Assembly (NCBI RefSeq): GCF_009914755.1
Contig: NC_060929.1
Strand: one strand, 5' to 3'
Length of the DNA stretch: 64,000 nucleotides
Source: the human T2T-CHM13v2.0 reference genome, Homo sapiens
Below the pieces are notes generated by a model. That model saw only the letters and a program-made list of their open reading frames with translations, made no database searches and was not told where the DNA came from. Position numbers and translations under genes: made by a program. This document shows positions 1 through 17,888 of the stretch, one piece after another (positions within the stretch are counted from its first letter, which is position 1; each line of letters begins with the position of its first letter).

Positions 1-1258
1 TATCTTAAATATTCCTTCTGTTCTTTTTTCTCTTTCTTCTACCTTTCCTATTCCTATTATGCATACATTACACTATTTGTAGTTGTTCCACAGTTCCTAG
101 ATATCCTGTTCTGTTTTACCAGTGGTTGTTTTTTTCTTTCTTTTTTTTTTTTTTTTTGCTTTTCAGTTTTGGAAGTTTCTGTCGGTACATCCTCAAGCCA
201 TGTCCAGCCTAGTAATAAGCTCATTAAAGATATTCTTCATTTCTCTTACAGTGGTTTTGATCATTAGCACTTTTTTCTTGCTTTCTTCTTAGGATTACCA
301 TCTCTCTGCTTAATTACCCATCTGTTCTTGCACGACGTCTACTTTATCCATAGGGCCTTTAGCATATTAATCTTAGTTGATTTAACATCTCTGTTAGAAA
401 TATCTCTACCAGGTATGGTTCTTGTGCTTGCCCTGTCTCTTCAAATTGTAGGATTTTTTTTTTTTTTTTTGCCTTTTAGTATTCTTTGTAATTTTTCTCT
501 TGATAGCTGACATGAGGTATTGGGTAAAAGGATCTGCTGGGAATAGTCCTTCAGTAATGTGGTGGTAAGTTGTGGAAGGAGAGGAAGCATCCTATAGTTC
601 TAAGATTAGGTCTTTATCTTTTAGTGAGCCTGTTTCTGGACGTTGAATGTCACAGTGTTTCACAGTTGCTTTTTTCTACCCCTTAGCTGAGACAGAATGG
701 CTAAAGTGGGCTAGAGTTAGGCATTTTCCTTTTCTCTTTCCCCAAGTCAGGTAGGATGTGATAAAACCCCAGAAAGTTAGGCTGTGATTAACTAGTTTCT
801 CCTGAGGGCAGAACTTATTAAGAACAGAGTGCTCTGGCACATTTCAAAATGGTTCCTTTTCCTCTTTCACTCCTGAAAGAATGAGGGAATTTTATTCCAA
901 TATTTACTGTGAGAACCTGGTCAGGCTCCTAGAGGTAAAACACAAAAGTGTGGGGGAATCCATATGATTGGACCCACCTGGCGATTTTAATTCTCAGATT
1001 TGTCCACTCGCAGCCTCCAACAATTTATTACAGTTCATGTTTTCCCATCCTCGCACTTGTTCATGAAGAGGTTTCTGCTCTGGTGTGTCGTGATTTTCTG
1101 TATCCACCTGCCTGTCCCTCCAATTTGAGGGCAGCAATTTGCCTTGGGACCTCGCTTCTCTTAAAGATCTAAGAGTTGGTTTTTCAGGTTGTTCAGCCTT
1201 TCACTTGTTAGGACTGAGTAGTGACTTTTAAGTTCCTGACATGTGGAATCGGAAACTT
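1..1258 (-). mobile_element. Ancient L1M fragment (ORF1/5' region), runs off the window edge
   Basis: T-rich antisense L1-like sequence; no intact ORF; boundaries approximate. Confidence 0.5.
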
Positions 1259-1759
1259 TACCGTCTGTTTTGCTCAGAATGTTGAAGATATTCTGGTGCT
1301 AAGCATATTTTGTGGTAACATTAAAGCTTTTAAAAGTAGATAATTAGCTGGCAAATACAAATGCAGGAAAAACATCAAGGCTATAAATACAGCCATGGAG
1401 GAATTCATCTGTTTAGAAATCACATGTGTACTGAGAGAGGAAGACTTCTGAGAGTCTGTGAAAAGAATAGATACTTCAGATTACATCTTGGGAAATTCTT
1501 GCATTTAGAAGTTGGGAAGAGGACAAAGTAGGAGAAAAAAATTGTTGAAGTAAAAGGGAGGCATAGACCATTGCAATATTATGGAAGCCGGAAAAATAAA
1601 ACGCCTTACTTGAAGAAAGTGATGCTGTGTAGATTCAAGTGCTGCATCAAAGTCAAAGGGAATGAAAATGCAAAATGACCTGGAAGTTCTTATTGTGCTA
1701 GAAAGTAAGAAAATTCTTAAAGAAAAATGCAGGTATGTCGAAGTAACACAGAATCCAGT

Positions 1760-3310
1760 TGAAAGTGACTGTCAGCAATCCAAACTGGGACAATTTCAGC
1801 ATCAAAATAATGATAGTCATGGTTATAAACCACCAAATGAAACAAGCACCCTTGATTTCATACTGTTATGAATTACTGACTGAATGAAAGAGAAGGGGTG
1901 TGATGATTAATTTTATGTTCTGACGTGACTAAACCATGAGGTGCCCAGATATTTGTTTAAACATTATTCTGGGTGTGTCTGTGAGGGTATTTCTGGATAA
2001 GACTACCATTTGAATCAGTAGAATGAGTCAAGAAGATTGCCTTCTCCAGTGTGGGTGGGCCTTATTCAATTTGTTGGAGGCCTGAATAGGATGGAAAAAG
2101 CAGAGTAATTCACTTTCTCTGCCTGATTGTCTTTGAGCTGGGACACAGATCTTCTGTCTTCAGACTTGAATTTAGACTGGAACTTACATTGTCACTTCTC
2201 TTGGTAGGCATTTTGACTCTGACTAAAACTTACCTCATCAGCTCTCCTGATTCTCAGGCCTTCTGGTTTAGACTGGAAGTATACTATTAGCTCTCCTTGT
2301 TCTCCAGCTTGCAAACTGCAGACTATAGGACTTCTCAGCTTCCATAACTGAATGGGCAAATTCCTTGTAGTGAATCTCTTTCTATGTATCTATATCTACA
2401 TCATTATCTTTGTCTATCTAGATCAATCTAGATAGATTCTATTGCTTCTGTTTCTCTGGAGAACTCAGACTAACTCATGGGGAAGCTTTTTCTTACTATA
2501 GAATGCAGCTAATAAATATAGATTTGGCAAGAGCCATATTGGTGGTTTACATGAATGAATGCTAAGGCTCCTCAGTGAATGCAAAGTGAACCGCTCAGTG
2601 AATGCTAAGGCTGCTGGGTGGAACTTTGCTACAAAAAAGTATATTAACATGATCTTGGAATATCTTCCCCCCCAAATACTTACCAATTACCAAGAGGAAA
2701 AATGGTGACTTTACAGTAGAGAAATCTGGTAGGCACTAATTTGCCTAGTGATCAGGGTTAGCCGCACTGGTAGTGGGACAAATAGACATTGTTCATACCC
2801 ATAATCCTGAATTGAGAAGAACACAGCATCACTTCTGTAGTATGACTGCTAGGAAATCATAACTTGAGACTGGTTCCAAGTAAATATTAATATCAGATGA
2901 ACCCAGGTTGTAGAACACCCTTCAAAATGAAAGGCCTTACTATTTAAAACTGTGCAGAGCATGAAAGCCAGGGAACAATTACGGAGCTGTTCTGGGTGGA
3001 GGAACCTAAAGAGATACGAGAACTAAAAGTGACACATAATCTGTATTGGATGCTGGATCAGAGACACAAGTGGTACCATTGGAAAAATCTGAATGAGTCT
3101 GTGAATTGGATAGTGTTATTGTATGACTATTGGTTTCATTGTATGGATGCATTTGGTTATGCTGGAGTGTGTTCTTGTTTTTGGAAAACACACTGAAGGA
3201 TTTAGGGAAGACTGAACAAATGTGGTCTAATGTTAACAGGTGGAGAACTTGAGCAAGGAAGACTTCTTTGTACTGTCATTACACTTTTTCTATCAGAAAT
3301 TATTTTAAAA
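1760..3310 (+). mobile_element. Old L1MC/L1ME-type 3' region, split by an MLT2 LTR
   Basis: Resembles old L1 3'UTR motifs (gtgactttacagtagagaaatctggt; agaacacagcatcacttctgtagtat). Confidence 0.45.
1899..2477 (+). mobile_element. MLT2 (ERVL) solo LTR
   Basis: Starts tgtgatgattaattttatg and ends ctgtttctctggagaactcagactaactca, typical MLT2 termini; flanks agggg/tgggg. Confidence 0.8.
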
Positions 3311-4769
3311 TGAATTATGTAAAGATGATTAGAAATGTCTATCTCCTACCGAAGTTTCCTGATCCATTACCAAATTAATCTATATTCCTATTACTTAAAT
3401 TCCTTTCTCCTTATTCCACCACTAACCATTCATGCCTTTACCTACGATTTCCATATATCCCTTTCAAAAAATCCTGAGGTTCATTAAGTCAAAACCAAGA
3501 AAAAAAAAAAGAATCAAACCTGTTCCTTGATAAATTATCTTTATACATATCCTCCCTTTCCCCTTCTTAACTTTGAGTGGTGCCCAAATCTGAACAGAAA
3601 CTGTAATATATCTGCATCAAATTTCTTATTTTTATTCAGTGCATAGCCAGATTCATTATGCACATTTAATTCAAGGTGCTCCCAAATATTGGAGGCTGAT
3701 TACAGATGACCATGTACATCTGTAATCACAATAAGCAAGAAAGAAAACAAACAAAATCAACTATTCCAGTATAAGAGCATGTCACTGAATCAAGGAACCT
3801 AGCTTTGAACAAGAAACTAAAGTATGAAAAAATATCACATTCTTCTCAGATGCCCCTAAGTCTAACACTGGTGATGTCCAGTGGCATTCACTGTGACCAC
3901 AAAAAATGCTTCTTCCTTCCAGAAATGCACACTCATTTGATCCGTATGAAACTGCAGCTTTCTAATCCAAATCGCAACCCAGACCGTGGGCTTATGAGAC
4001 TGTTTTGATAACAACAAAAAAATTCAGAATGTTTTACAGACACCATATTGAGAAGGATCCAGTAAAGGAAATAACTTTACTCAACAGAAGATCCCCCAGG
4101 AGGACCTATATTATGATTTAGTTAATAGTAATTAAGAAGGTGGGTGGTAACAAGTGAGTTTATCCAGAAGTCAATTGTGCAGAGGTTTAAAAAAAAAAAA
4201 AAGGTAAAACAGGTTAGAAGCTGGACAAATTCACAGTTATATTTTGTCACTAGATCATATTCTACCTAAGGCTGCACCAAATATTTTTAATTCCTAATCC
4301 TTAAAAAAAGTAAGCAAGTAAAAGAAGAAAGAGACATTGGCACAGGATATAAAGCATTCTTTCTCTAAGCAAATGGTGCACATTTTCTTCATATTTCTCT
4401 AACATTTTTACAATTGGGAAAACACCCCAACAGGCTAACAAATATTTATGTATAGTCTAACTTCTAATTTCTTTAAGTGTTTTCCTATGACCTACCTTGC
4501 CTGATGCTTCGTAGCACATGATGAGTTGGTGGTAACTGCTTGATGAAAGTCACAAGCAGTGGCAAGAAAAAATGGATTTGTTCCTTCTTTTCAAAAACTA
4601 AGTACCAAACATTGTTGGTAGTTTTCAATTAAATGCTACATATATTTCTACCATTATTATAGCATATTACCATAAGACAGAACAAAGTGGTAATAAAGGA
4701 TAAAAGAGAAAAGCACTATGTCCACCTTTTAGCATATTAGTTGATAATGATGGGAGTACATGACATCTG

Positions 4770-5394
<625 letters not shown>

Positions 5395-5645
5395 AAAAAT
5401 AAGAAAAACTGGAGGAGGAGCCAAGATGGCCGAATAGGAACAGCTCCGGTCTACAGCTCCCAGCGTGAGCGACGCAGAAGACGTGTGATTTCTGCATTTC
5501 CATCTGAGGTACTGGGTTCATCTCACTAGGGAGTGCCAGACAGTGGGCACAGGCCAGTGGGTGCGTGCACCGGGCGCGAGCCGAAGCAGGGCGAGGCATT
5601 GCCTCACCTGGGAAGCGCAAGGGGTCAGGGAGTTCCCTTTCCGAG

Positions 5646-5861
5646 TCAAAGAAAGGGGTGACGGACGCACCTGGAAAATCGGGTCACTCCCACCCGAATA
5701 TTGTGCTTTTCAGACTGGCTTAAAAAACGGCGCACCACGAGACTATATCCCACACCTGGCTCGGAGGGTCCTACGCCCACGGAGTCTCGCTGATTGCTAG
5801 CACAGCAGTCTGAGATCAAACTGCAAGGCAGCAGCGAGGCTGGGGGAGGGGCACCCGCCAT
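5646..5861 (-). CDS. ORF0: L1 antisense ORF0, intact 71 aa
   Basis: MAGAPPPASLLPCSLISDCCASNQRDSVGVGPSEPG...RCVRHPFL*, ATG at 5861. Confidence 0.85.
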   Translation of the reverse strand: MAGAPPPASLLPCSLISDCCASNQRDSVGVGPSEPGVGYSLVVRRFLSQSEKHNIRVGVTRFSRCVRHPFL

Positions 5862-6316
5862 TGCCCAGGCTTGCTTAGGTAAACAAAGCAGCCAGGAAGC
5901 TCCAACTGGGTGGAGCCCACCACAGCTCAAGGAGGCCTGCCTGCCTCTGTAGGCTCCACCTCTGGGGGCAGGGCACAGACAAACAAAAAGACAGCAGTAA
6001 CCTCTGCAGACTTAAATGTCCCTGTCTGACAGCTTTGAAGAGAGCAGTGGTTCTCCCAGCACGCAGCTGGAGATCTGAGAACGGGCAGACTGCCTCCTCA
6101 AGTGGGTCCCTGACCCCTGACCCCCGAGCAGCCTAACTGGGAGGCACCCCCCAGCAGGGGCACACTGACACCTCACACGGCAGGGTATTCCAACAGAACT
6201 GCAGCTGAGGGTGCTGTCTGTTAGAAGGAAAACTAACAAACAGAAAGGACATCCACACCGAAAACCCATCTGTACATCACCATCATCAAAGACCAAAAGT
6301 AGATAAAACCACAAAG

Positions 6317-7334
6317 ATGGGGAAAAAAACAGAACAGAAAAACTGGAAACTCTAAAACGCAGAGCGCCTCTCCTCCTCTAAAGGAACGCAGTTCCTCACC
6401 AGCAACGGAACAAAGCTGGATGGAGAATGACTTTGACGAGCTGAGAGAAGAAGGCTTCAGATGATCAAATTACTCTGAGCTACGGGAGGACATTCAAACC
6501 AAAGGCAAAGAAGTTGAAAACTTTGAAAAAAATTTAGAAGAATGTATAACTAGAATAACCAATACAGAGAAGAGCTTAAAGGAGCTGATGGAGCTGAAAA
6601 CCAAGGCTCGAGAACTACGTGAAGAATGCAGAAGCCTCAGGAGCTGATGCGATCAACTGGAAGAAAGGGTATCAGCAATGGAAGATGAAATGAATGAAAT
6701 GAAGCGAGAAGGGAAGGTTAGAGAAAAAAGAATAAAAAGAAATGAGCAAAGCCTCCAAGAAATATGGGACTATGTGAAAAGACCAAATCTACGTCTGATT
6801 GGTGTACCTGAAAGTGATGCGGAGAATGGAACCAAGTTGGAAAACACTCTACAGGATATTATCCAGGAGAACTTCCCCAATCTAGCAAGGCAGGCCAACG
6901 TTTAGATTCAGGAAATACAGAGAACGCCACAAAGATACTCCTCGAGAAGAGCAACTCCAAGACACATAATTGTCAGATTCACCAAAGTTGAAATGAAGGA
7001 AAAAATGTTAAGGGCAGCCAGAGAGAAAGGTCGAGTTACCCTCAAAGGGAAGCCCATCAGACTAACAGCGGATCTCTCGGCAGAAACCCTACAAGCCAGA
7101 AGAGAGTGGGGGCCAATATTCAACATTCTTAAAGAAAAGAATTTTCAACCCACAATTTCATATCCAGCCAAACTAAGCTTCATAAGTGAAGGAGAAATAA
7201 AATCCTTTACAGACAAGCAAATGCTGAGAGATTTTGTCACCACGAGGCCTGCCCTAAAAGAGCTCCTGAAGGAAGCGCTAAACATGGAAAGGAACAACCG
7301 GTACCTGCCGCTGCAAAATCATGCCAAAATGTAA
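6317..7334 (+). pseudogene. L1 ORF1p, disrupted
   Basis: ATG 6317 followed by 7 A instead of 6 (+1 frameshift); TGA at 6462 and 6645; ORF1 peptides in the ORF track at 6678-7334. Confidence 0.9.
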
Positions 7335-7370
7335 AGATCATCGAGACTAGGAAGAAACTGCATCAACTAA

Positions 7371-11218
<3,848 letters not shown>

Positions 11219-11456
11219 ACAATGAGATCACATGGACACATGAAGGGGAATATCACACTCTGGGGACTGTGGTGGGGTCGGGGGAGCGGGGAGGGATAGC
11301 ATTGGGAGATATACCTAAGGCTAGATGATGAGTTAGTGGGTGCAGCGCACCAGCATGGCACATGTATACATATTTAACTAACCTGCACAATGTGCACATG
11401 TTCCCTAAAACTTAAAGTATAATAAAAAAAAAAAAGAAAAAAAAATAAGAAAAACT

Positions 11457-11518
11457 AATCCGTCATTCTGCCAAATAAAGATGCCTCTGGGAAATCCAAA
11501 AAAAAAAAAAAAAAAAAA
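11457..11518 (+). other. Unique tail with AATAAA and a second polyA
   Basis: aataaa at 11474-11479, 18 nt before a pure A21 run (11498-11518) that overlaps the outer TSD. Confidence 0.8.
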
Positions 11519-11527
11519 GCAATCACA

Positions 11528-11870
11528 ATGTTGCCACAACTGTTGAGCTAGACATCAAATTATAATATCAGGCAGACAAACAGGAACACATTACTAGCTA
11601 CCCATAGATTTCTAGGGGTAAAGTGGTAACTTTCCACATTTGTGGAAAAGTGATCTTTACTCAGGAACATAATTTTTCTATGTCTAGGGGAAAGATCATT
11701 AATGTTAAGTCTGAGAATCCCATTCAGCAGGCCTTACTGAGCTTCACTCCTCCCCACAAAAGCAGCCACCCTTGATAAGGCACACTAGTGATAACAAAGT
11801 TCACACATCTATACAAATTCTTCGGGGGAATCTGGGTCAACATAAATTTTTCTTAAAAATTATAGAGTAA
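11528..11870 (-). pseudogene. Candidate decayed Toll-like receptor remnant, LRR/LRRCT-like half
   Basis: LRKIYVD (11856-11836); ELCYH*CALSRVAAFVG; GILRLNINDLS..IMFLSKDHF..RNLW; the frame continues across the insertion site into the TM segment. Confidence 0.4.
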
Positions 11871-12983
11871 ATTTCTAGGAGTAAGTAATTAACAACTCTC
11901 CCTATTGCATTCCTCTATTTATCTTCATAATATCAGTGACATTAAAAGCATTAACTTTTGAGTTCTTAATTACACAGGGCTCTTGGTTGTATGCAGAGTT
12001 ATAGAGTCCGTTCTTGCCCTTTAGGAGTTTAAAATCTAAAAACATTTTTTTAAATGCAAAACATAATCTAAATTGAAAATGCCAACTACATGAATAAACA
12101 GTAGGTCATCTATAATTTCTCTGCAGCTGTCCTCACGGAGGACCAGAAATTATACTGCCTCGTAAAAGGCATATAGGATTTAAATAGAGGATACTGAGTT
12201 TTTGGTATGGTCAAGAAGGAGGGATTAGGGAGGAGAAGTGTGGGAGGAGAAGATGGGGGTGAACAAAAACACACTGGTGAGAAAGTGGAAAGTTGGGCAA
12301 TGGTGAGTAGCGCTGTTTGATCAGAGCAGGAGGTTCGTGTAGGTAAGTAGTAAACAGAGACTAAAAGAAGAGTCACAGACAACACTGAATACCAGTTTAA
12401 AAGTTTGAACTTTATCCTTTGCTGGTGAGTGTCCCCAAAGGAGACATTTCATCAACAATTGAGGAAAACCACACGTCACACTGAATTTACTAAAGCTGGT
12501 GTAAGAGGGATGACCTTGAGCAATCTTTTATATGGTATAAATAGCACTAGCTTTCCCAACAGTCACAAAATCTTGCCGTTTTACACAACTGGATATTGAT
12601 AGAACTGCCACTTGTGGCAAGGTCTCTTGGGCATGCCTTCTGAGCCCTCAAGTTGGTAATCTCTGAGTAGACATTCCAGACACTTACAGAAAAACCAAAG
12701 CAGTCATAAATAGCATCAATTCAATTTGCATAGCACCTTTCCTCCAAAATACTTTAAGTGCTAAAGGAGCCTGGCTCTTTACAACAGGACCATGCCAAAA
12801 CTCACTAAACAAACTGCTTGCTTAAGAGGGATAAATTCCTTGAACAAATGCATCTGTAAACTCTCTACCTCCCTCATTATGGTTTGCACAGGGCAGTGCC
12901 ACAGATCCAAACAGTGGCCAGAGGCAGAATATCTCCAACTGATGAATGGAAGCAGAAAGGCTGTCTGTGCAAGTGCAGCTCTC

Positions 12984-13280
12984 TCTTTTTTTGTTTTAGA
13001 TGGAGTCTCGCTCTGTCGTCCAGGCTGGAGTGCAGTGGCACGATCTTGGCTCTCTGCAACCTCTGCCTCCCGGATTCAAGTGATTCTCCTGCCTCAGCCT
13101 CCCGAATCTTAGCTGGGATTACAGGCATGCACCACCATGCCCGGCTAATTTTGTATTTTTAGTAGAGACAGGGTTTCTCCATGTTGGTCAGGCTGGTCTC
13201 GAACTCCTGACCTCAGGTGATCTGCCTGCCTCGGCCTCCTAAAGTGCTGGGATTACAGGCGTGAGCCACCAAGCCTGGCT
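12984..13280 (-). mobile_element. AluS (Sp-like)
   Basis: Full dimer; TSD gcaagtgcagctctc at 12969-12983 and 13281-13295. Confidence 0.92.
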
Positions 13281-13401
13281 GCAAGTGCAGCTCTCAAGGT
13301 CAGCATAGCACTGCTCTAACCTTGGAATGTGTCCCATTAACTGTTGGCTGGCATCTCTGGCCCAAATAAAACTCCTATTTTTAGAAAAATTTTATTGTAA
13401 G

Positions 13402-13524
13402 TTTTTTAAATTATACTTTAAGTTTTAGGGTACATGTGCACATTGTGCAGGTTAGTTACATATGTATACATGCACCATGCTGGTGCGCTGCACCCACTAA
13501 CTCGTCATCTAGCATTAGGTATAT
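13402..13524 (-). mobile_element. Severely 5'-truncated young L1 (L1PA2-like) 3' end
   Basis: Near-identical to the reverse complement of about 11308-11425 in this window. Confidence 0.85.
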
Positions 13525-13727
13525 ACATGCATGGATTCATTTATGAACTCTATTCTATTTCATTGGTCAATGTGTCTATTTTTATGCCAGTACCATGCTG
13601 TTTTAATTACTATAGCTTTGTAGTATAGTTTGATATCAGGTGGTGTGATACCTCCAGTTTTTTTCCTTTTGCTCATGATTACTTTGGCTATTTGGTTTTT
13701 TTATACTTTCATATGCATTTTAGAATT

Positions 13728-15966
13728 TGATATGGTTTGGCTGTGTCCTCACCCAAATCTCATCTTGAATTCCCATGTTGCAGGAGGTAACTGAATCATG
13801 GGGGCAGGTCTTTCCCATGCTGTTCTTGTGATAGTTAATACATGTCATGAGATCTGACGGTTGTAAAAACGGGAGTCTCCCTCCACAAGCTCTCTCTTCT
13901 TCTATGCCACCATGTGAGACATGCCTTTCACCTTCCACCATGATTGTGAGGCCTCCCCAGCCATATAGAATTTGTAAGTCCAATAAACCTCTTTCTTTTG
14001 TAAATTGCCCAGTCTTGGGTATGTCTTTATCAGCAGCATGAAAACAGACTAATACAGTAAATTGGTAGCAGTAGAATGGGATGCTGCTGAAAAGATACCT
14101 GAAAATGTGGAAGCGACTTTGGAACTAGGTAACAGGAAGAGGATGGAACAGTTTGGAGGGCTCAGATGAAGAAGGGAAAGTTTGGAACTTTCTAGAGACT
14201 TGTTGAATGGCTTTGCCCAAAATGCTAATAGCTATATGGACAATAAAATCCAGGCTGAGGTGGTCTCAGATGGAGATGAGGAACTTGTTGGGAACTGGAG
14301 CAAACATTATTCTTGTTATGTTTTAGCAAAGAGACTGGCAGCATTTTGCCCCTGCCGTAGAGATTTGTCAAACTTTGAACTTGAGAGGGATGATTTAGGT
14401 TATCTGGTGGAAGGAATTTCTAAGCAGCAAAGCATTCAAGAGGTGACTTGGGTGCTGTTAAGAGCATTCAGTTTTAAAAGTGAAACAGAGCATAAGAGTT
14501 AGGAAAATTTGCAGCCTGACAATGCGATAGAAAAGAAAATCCCATTTTCCGAGAAGAAATTCAAGCTAGCTACAGAAATTTGCATAAATAACAAAGAGCT
14601 GAATGTTAATCACCAAGATAATGGGGAAAATGTCTCTAGGGCATGTCAGAGACCTTTGCAGCAGCCACTCCCATCACAGGCTCAGAGACTTAGGAAGAAA
14701 AAATGGTTTTGTGGGCTGGGCCCAAGGTCCCCATGCTGTGTGCAGACTAGGGACTTGGTACCCCACGTCCCAGCTGCTACAGCTGTGTCTGAAGGGGTCC
14801 AATGTAGAGCTTGGGCCATGGCTTCAGAGGGTGCAAGCCTCAAGCCTTGGCAGCTTCCATGTGGTATTGAGCCTGCAAGTGCACAGAAGTAAAGAACTGG
14901 GGTTTGGGAACTTCCACCTAGATTTCAGAAGGTATATGGAAACACCTGGATGCCCAGGCAAAAGTTTGCTGAGGGGGTGGGGCCCTCATGGAGAACCTCT
15001 GGTAGGGCAGTGTGGAAGGGAAATGTGGGGTTGTATCCCTCACACAGAGTCCCTACTGGGGCACCATCTAATGGAGCTGTGAGAAGAGGGCCACCATCCT
15101 CCACACCCCAGAATGGTGGATCCACCAACAGCTTGCACTGTGTGCCTAGAAAAGCCTCAGACACTCAGTGCCAGCCTGTGAAAGCAGCTGGGAGGGAGGC
15201 TGTACCCTGAAAAGCCATAGGGACAGAGCTGCCCAAGACCATGGGAACCCACCTCTTACATCAGCATGACCTGCATGTAATACATGAAGTCAAAGGAGAT
15301 CATTTGGAGCTTAATTTGACTGCCCTGATGAATTCTAGACTTGCATGGGGCCTGTAGCCCCTTTGTTTTGGCCCATTTATCCCATTTGTAATGGGTGTAT
15401 TTACTCAATGCCTGTACTCACACTGCATCTAGAAAGTAACTAAAATGCTTTTGATTTTACAGGCTCATAGTCAGAAGGAACTTGATGTGTCTCAGATGAG
15501 ACTTTGAACTGTGGACTCCTGCGTTAATGCTGAAATGAGTTAAGACTTTGGGGGACTGTTGGGAAGGCATGATTAATTTTGAAATGTGAGGACATAAGAT
15601 TTGGGAGGGGCCAGGGGAAGAATGATATGGTTTGGCTGTGTCCCCACTCAAATCTCATCTTGAATTCCCACATATTGTGGGAGGGACCTCTTGGGAGGTA
15701 ACTGAATCATACAGGCAGGTCTTTCCTGTGCTGTTCTCATGACAGCGAATACGTCTCAGGAGATCTGATGGTTTTAAAAACAGGAGTCTCCCTGCACAAG
15801 CCCTTTTCTCTTGTATGCTGCCATGTGTTACGTGCCTTTCACCTTCTGCCACGAACGTGAGGCTTCCCCAGCCACGTGGAACTGTAAGTCAAATAAACCT
15901 CTTTCTTTTGTAAATCGCCCAGTCTGAGATATGTCTTTATCAGCAGCATGAAAACAGACCAATACA
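13728..15966 (+). mobile_element. Complete THE1 (ERVL-MaLR): LTR 13728-14056, internal region, LTR 15623-15966
   Basis: Both LTRs run tgatatggtttggctgtgtcc...aataca; MaLR internal ORF remnants at 14182-15210; TSD gaatt/taatt. Confidence 0.93.
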
Positions 15967-16070
15967 TAATTGTTTTCTATTTGTAGGAAAAATAGCATTG
16001 GAATTTTGATAAAGATTGCATTAAATCTATAGGTTGCTTTGGCTGGACATTTTAACAATAATTCTTCTAA

Positions 16071-16532
<462 letters not shown>

Positions 16533-17838
16533 TCTTCAATTTCTTTAATCAATGTTTTAAAGGGTTCGGCATACAGGTCTTTCACTTCCTTGGTTAAACT
16601 TATTTCTAAGTAACATTTTTTATGGCTATTGTAAATGAGATTGTTCTCTTGATTTCTTTTTTAAGTAGTTCATTGTTAGTGTATAGAAATATTACTAATT
16701 TTTGTGTGTTGATTTTGTATCCTGAAACTTTACTGTATTTGTGTATTAGTCCTAATAGTTTTGTGGTGGAATCTTCAGGTTTTCTATAGATAAGATCATG
16801 TTGTCAGCAAAAAGTAACAATTTCACTTCCTTTCCTATTTGAATACATTTTATTTCTTTCTTTTGCCTAATTGCTTAGGCAAAGACTTCCAACACTATGT
16901 TAAATACAAGTGCCACAAGTGGGCATCCCTATCTTTTTCCAGATCTTAGAAAAAAGGCTTTTAATTTTTCACTGTTGAGTATGTTAGCTGTGGGCTTATT
17001 ATATACAGCCTTTATTGTGTTGAGGTACATTCCTTCTATACCTAATTTGATGAGATTTTTTATCATCAAAGGATGTTAAACTTTGTCAGTTTCTTTTTCT
17101 GTATCAAATGAGATGATTTTTGGTGGCTTTCTTTTTGTCCTTCATTCTGTTAATGTGGTGTGTCACATTTATTGATTTGTGTATGTTGAACCATTTTTGT
17201 ATACTGGGGAAAATCACACTTGATCATGGCAAATGATTCTTTTAATGTATTGTTGAATTTGATTTGCTAGTATTTTGTTGAAGATTTTTGCATCAAAATT
17301 TATAGAAAATATTAAATTTATGTAATTTCTTTTCTTGTAATGTTCTTTTCTGCTTTAGTATCAGGGTAATGCTAGCTTCATTAAAAAGTCTGGAAGTATT
17401 CCATCCTCTCCAATTTTTTCTAAGTGTTTGAGAAGGATTGGTGCTAATTCTTCTTTAATCATTTGGTAGAATTCAGCAGTGAAGCCATAGGTCCTGGTCT
17501 TTTCTTTGATGGAAGACTTTGTATTACTGATTCAATCTTCTTACTTATTATTGGTAGGTTCAGATTTTCTATTTCTTTATCATTCATGGTAGGGCATACA
17601 TGTCTATGAATTTAACCATTTTTTCTAGGTTAGATAATCTGTGTATAATTGTTCATAATCATCATTTGTGACCCTTTGTATTTCTCTGGTATAAGTTGCA
17701 ATATCTCCTCTTTCATTTATGATTGTATTTATTTGAGTCTTTTTCTTTTTTCTTGGTCTAGATGTAGGTTTTTCAATTTCACTTATCTTTCCCAAAAATC
17801 AACTCTTAGTTTCATCAATCTTTTGTATTGTTTTTCTA

Positions 17839-17888
17839 GTCTCCCACCTAAGTACTAACCTTTCTTAGCTTCTGAGATCAGACAAGAT
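17839..17888 (-). pseudogene. 5S rRNA fragment (tailless retropseudogene)
   Basis: Reverse complement atcttgtctgatctcagaagctaag..ggttagtacttaggtgggagac matches internal 5S rRNA with a deletion of about 10 nt; flanked by tttttctagtctc / ttttcctaatctc. Confidence 0.8.

Noticed and set aside
2556-2612. Repeated tgaatgctaaggct units
   Set aside because: Small duplication in a decayed L1; only two copies
13952-13964. PRDM9 hotspot motif in the THE1 LTRs
   Set aside because: The copies read CCTCCCCAGCCAT or CTTCCCCAGCCAC, lacking the key bases of CCTCCCTNNCCAC
14182-15210. Host protein-coding gene from overlapping ORFs
   Set aside because: These are fragments of the THE1 internal ORF
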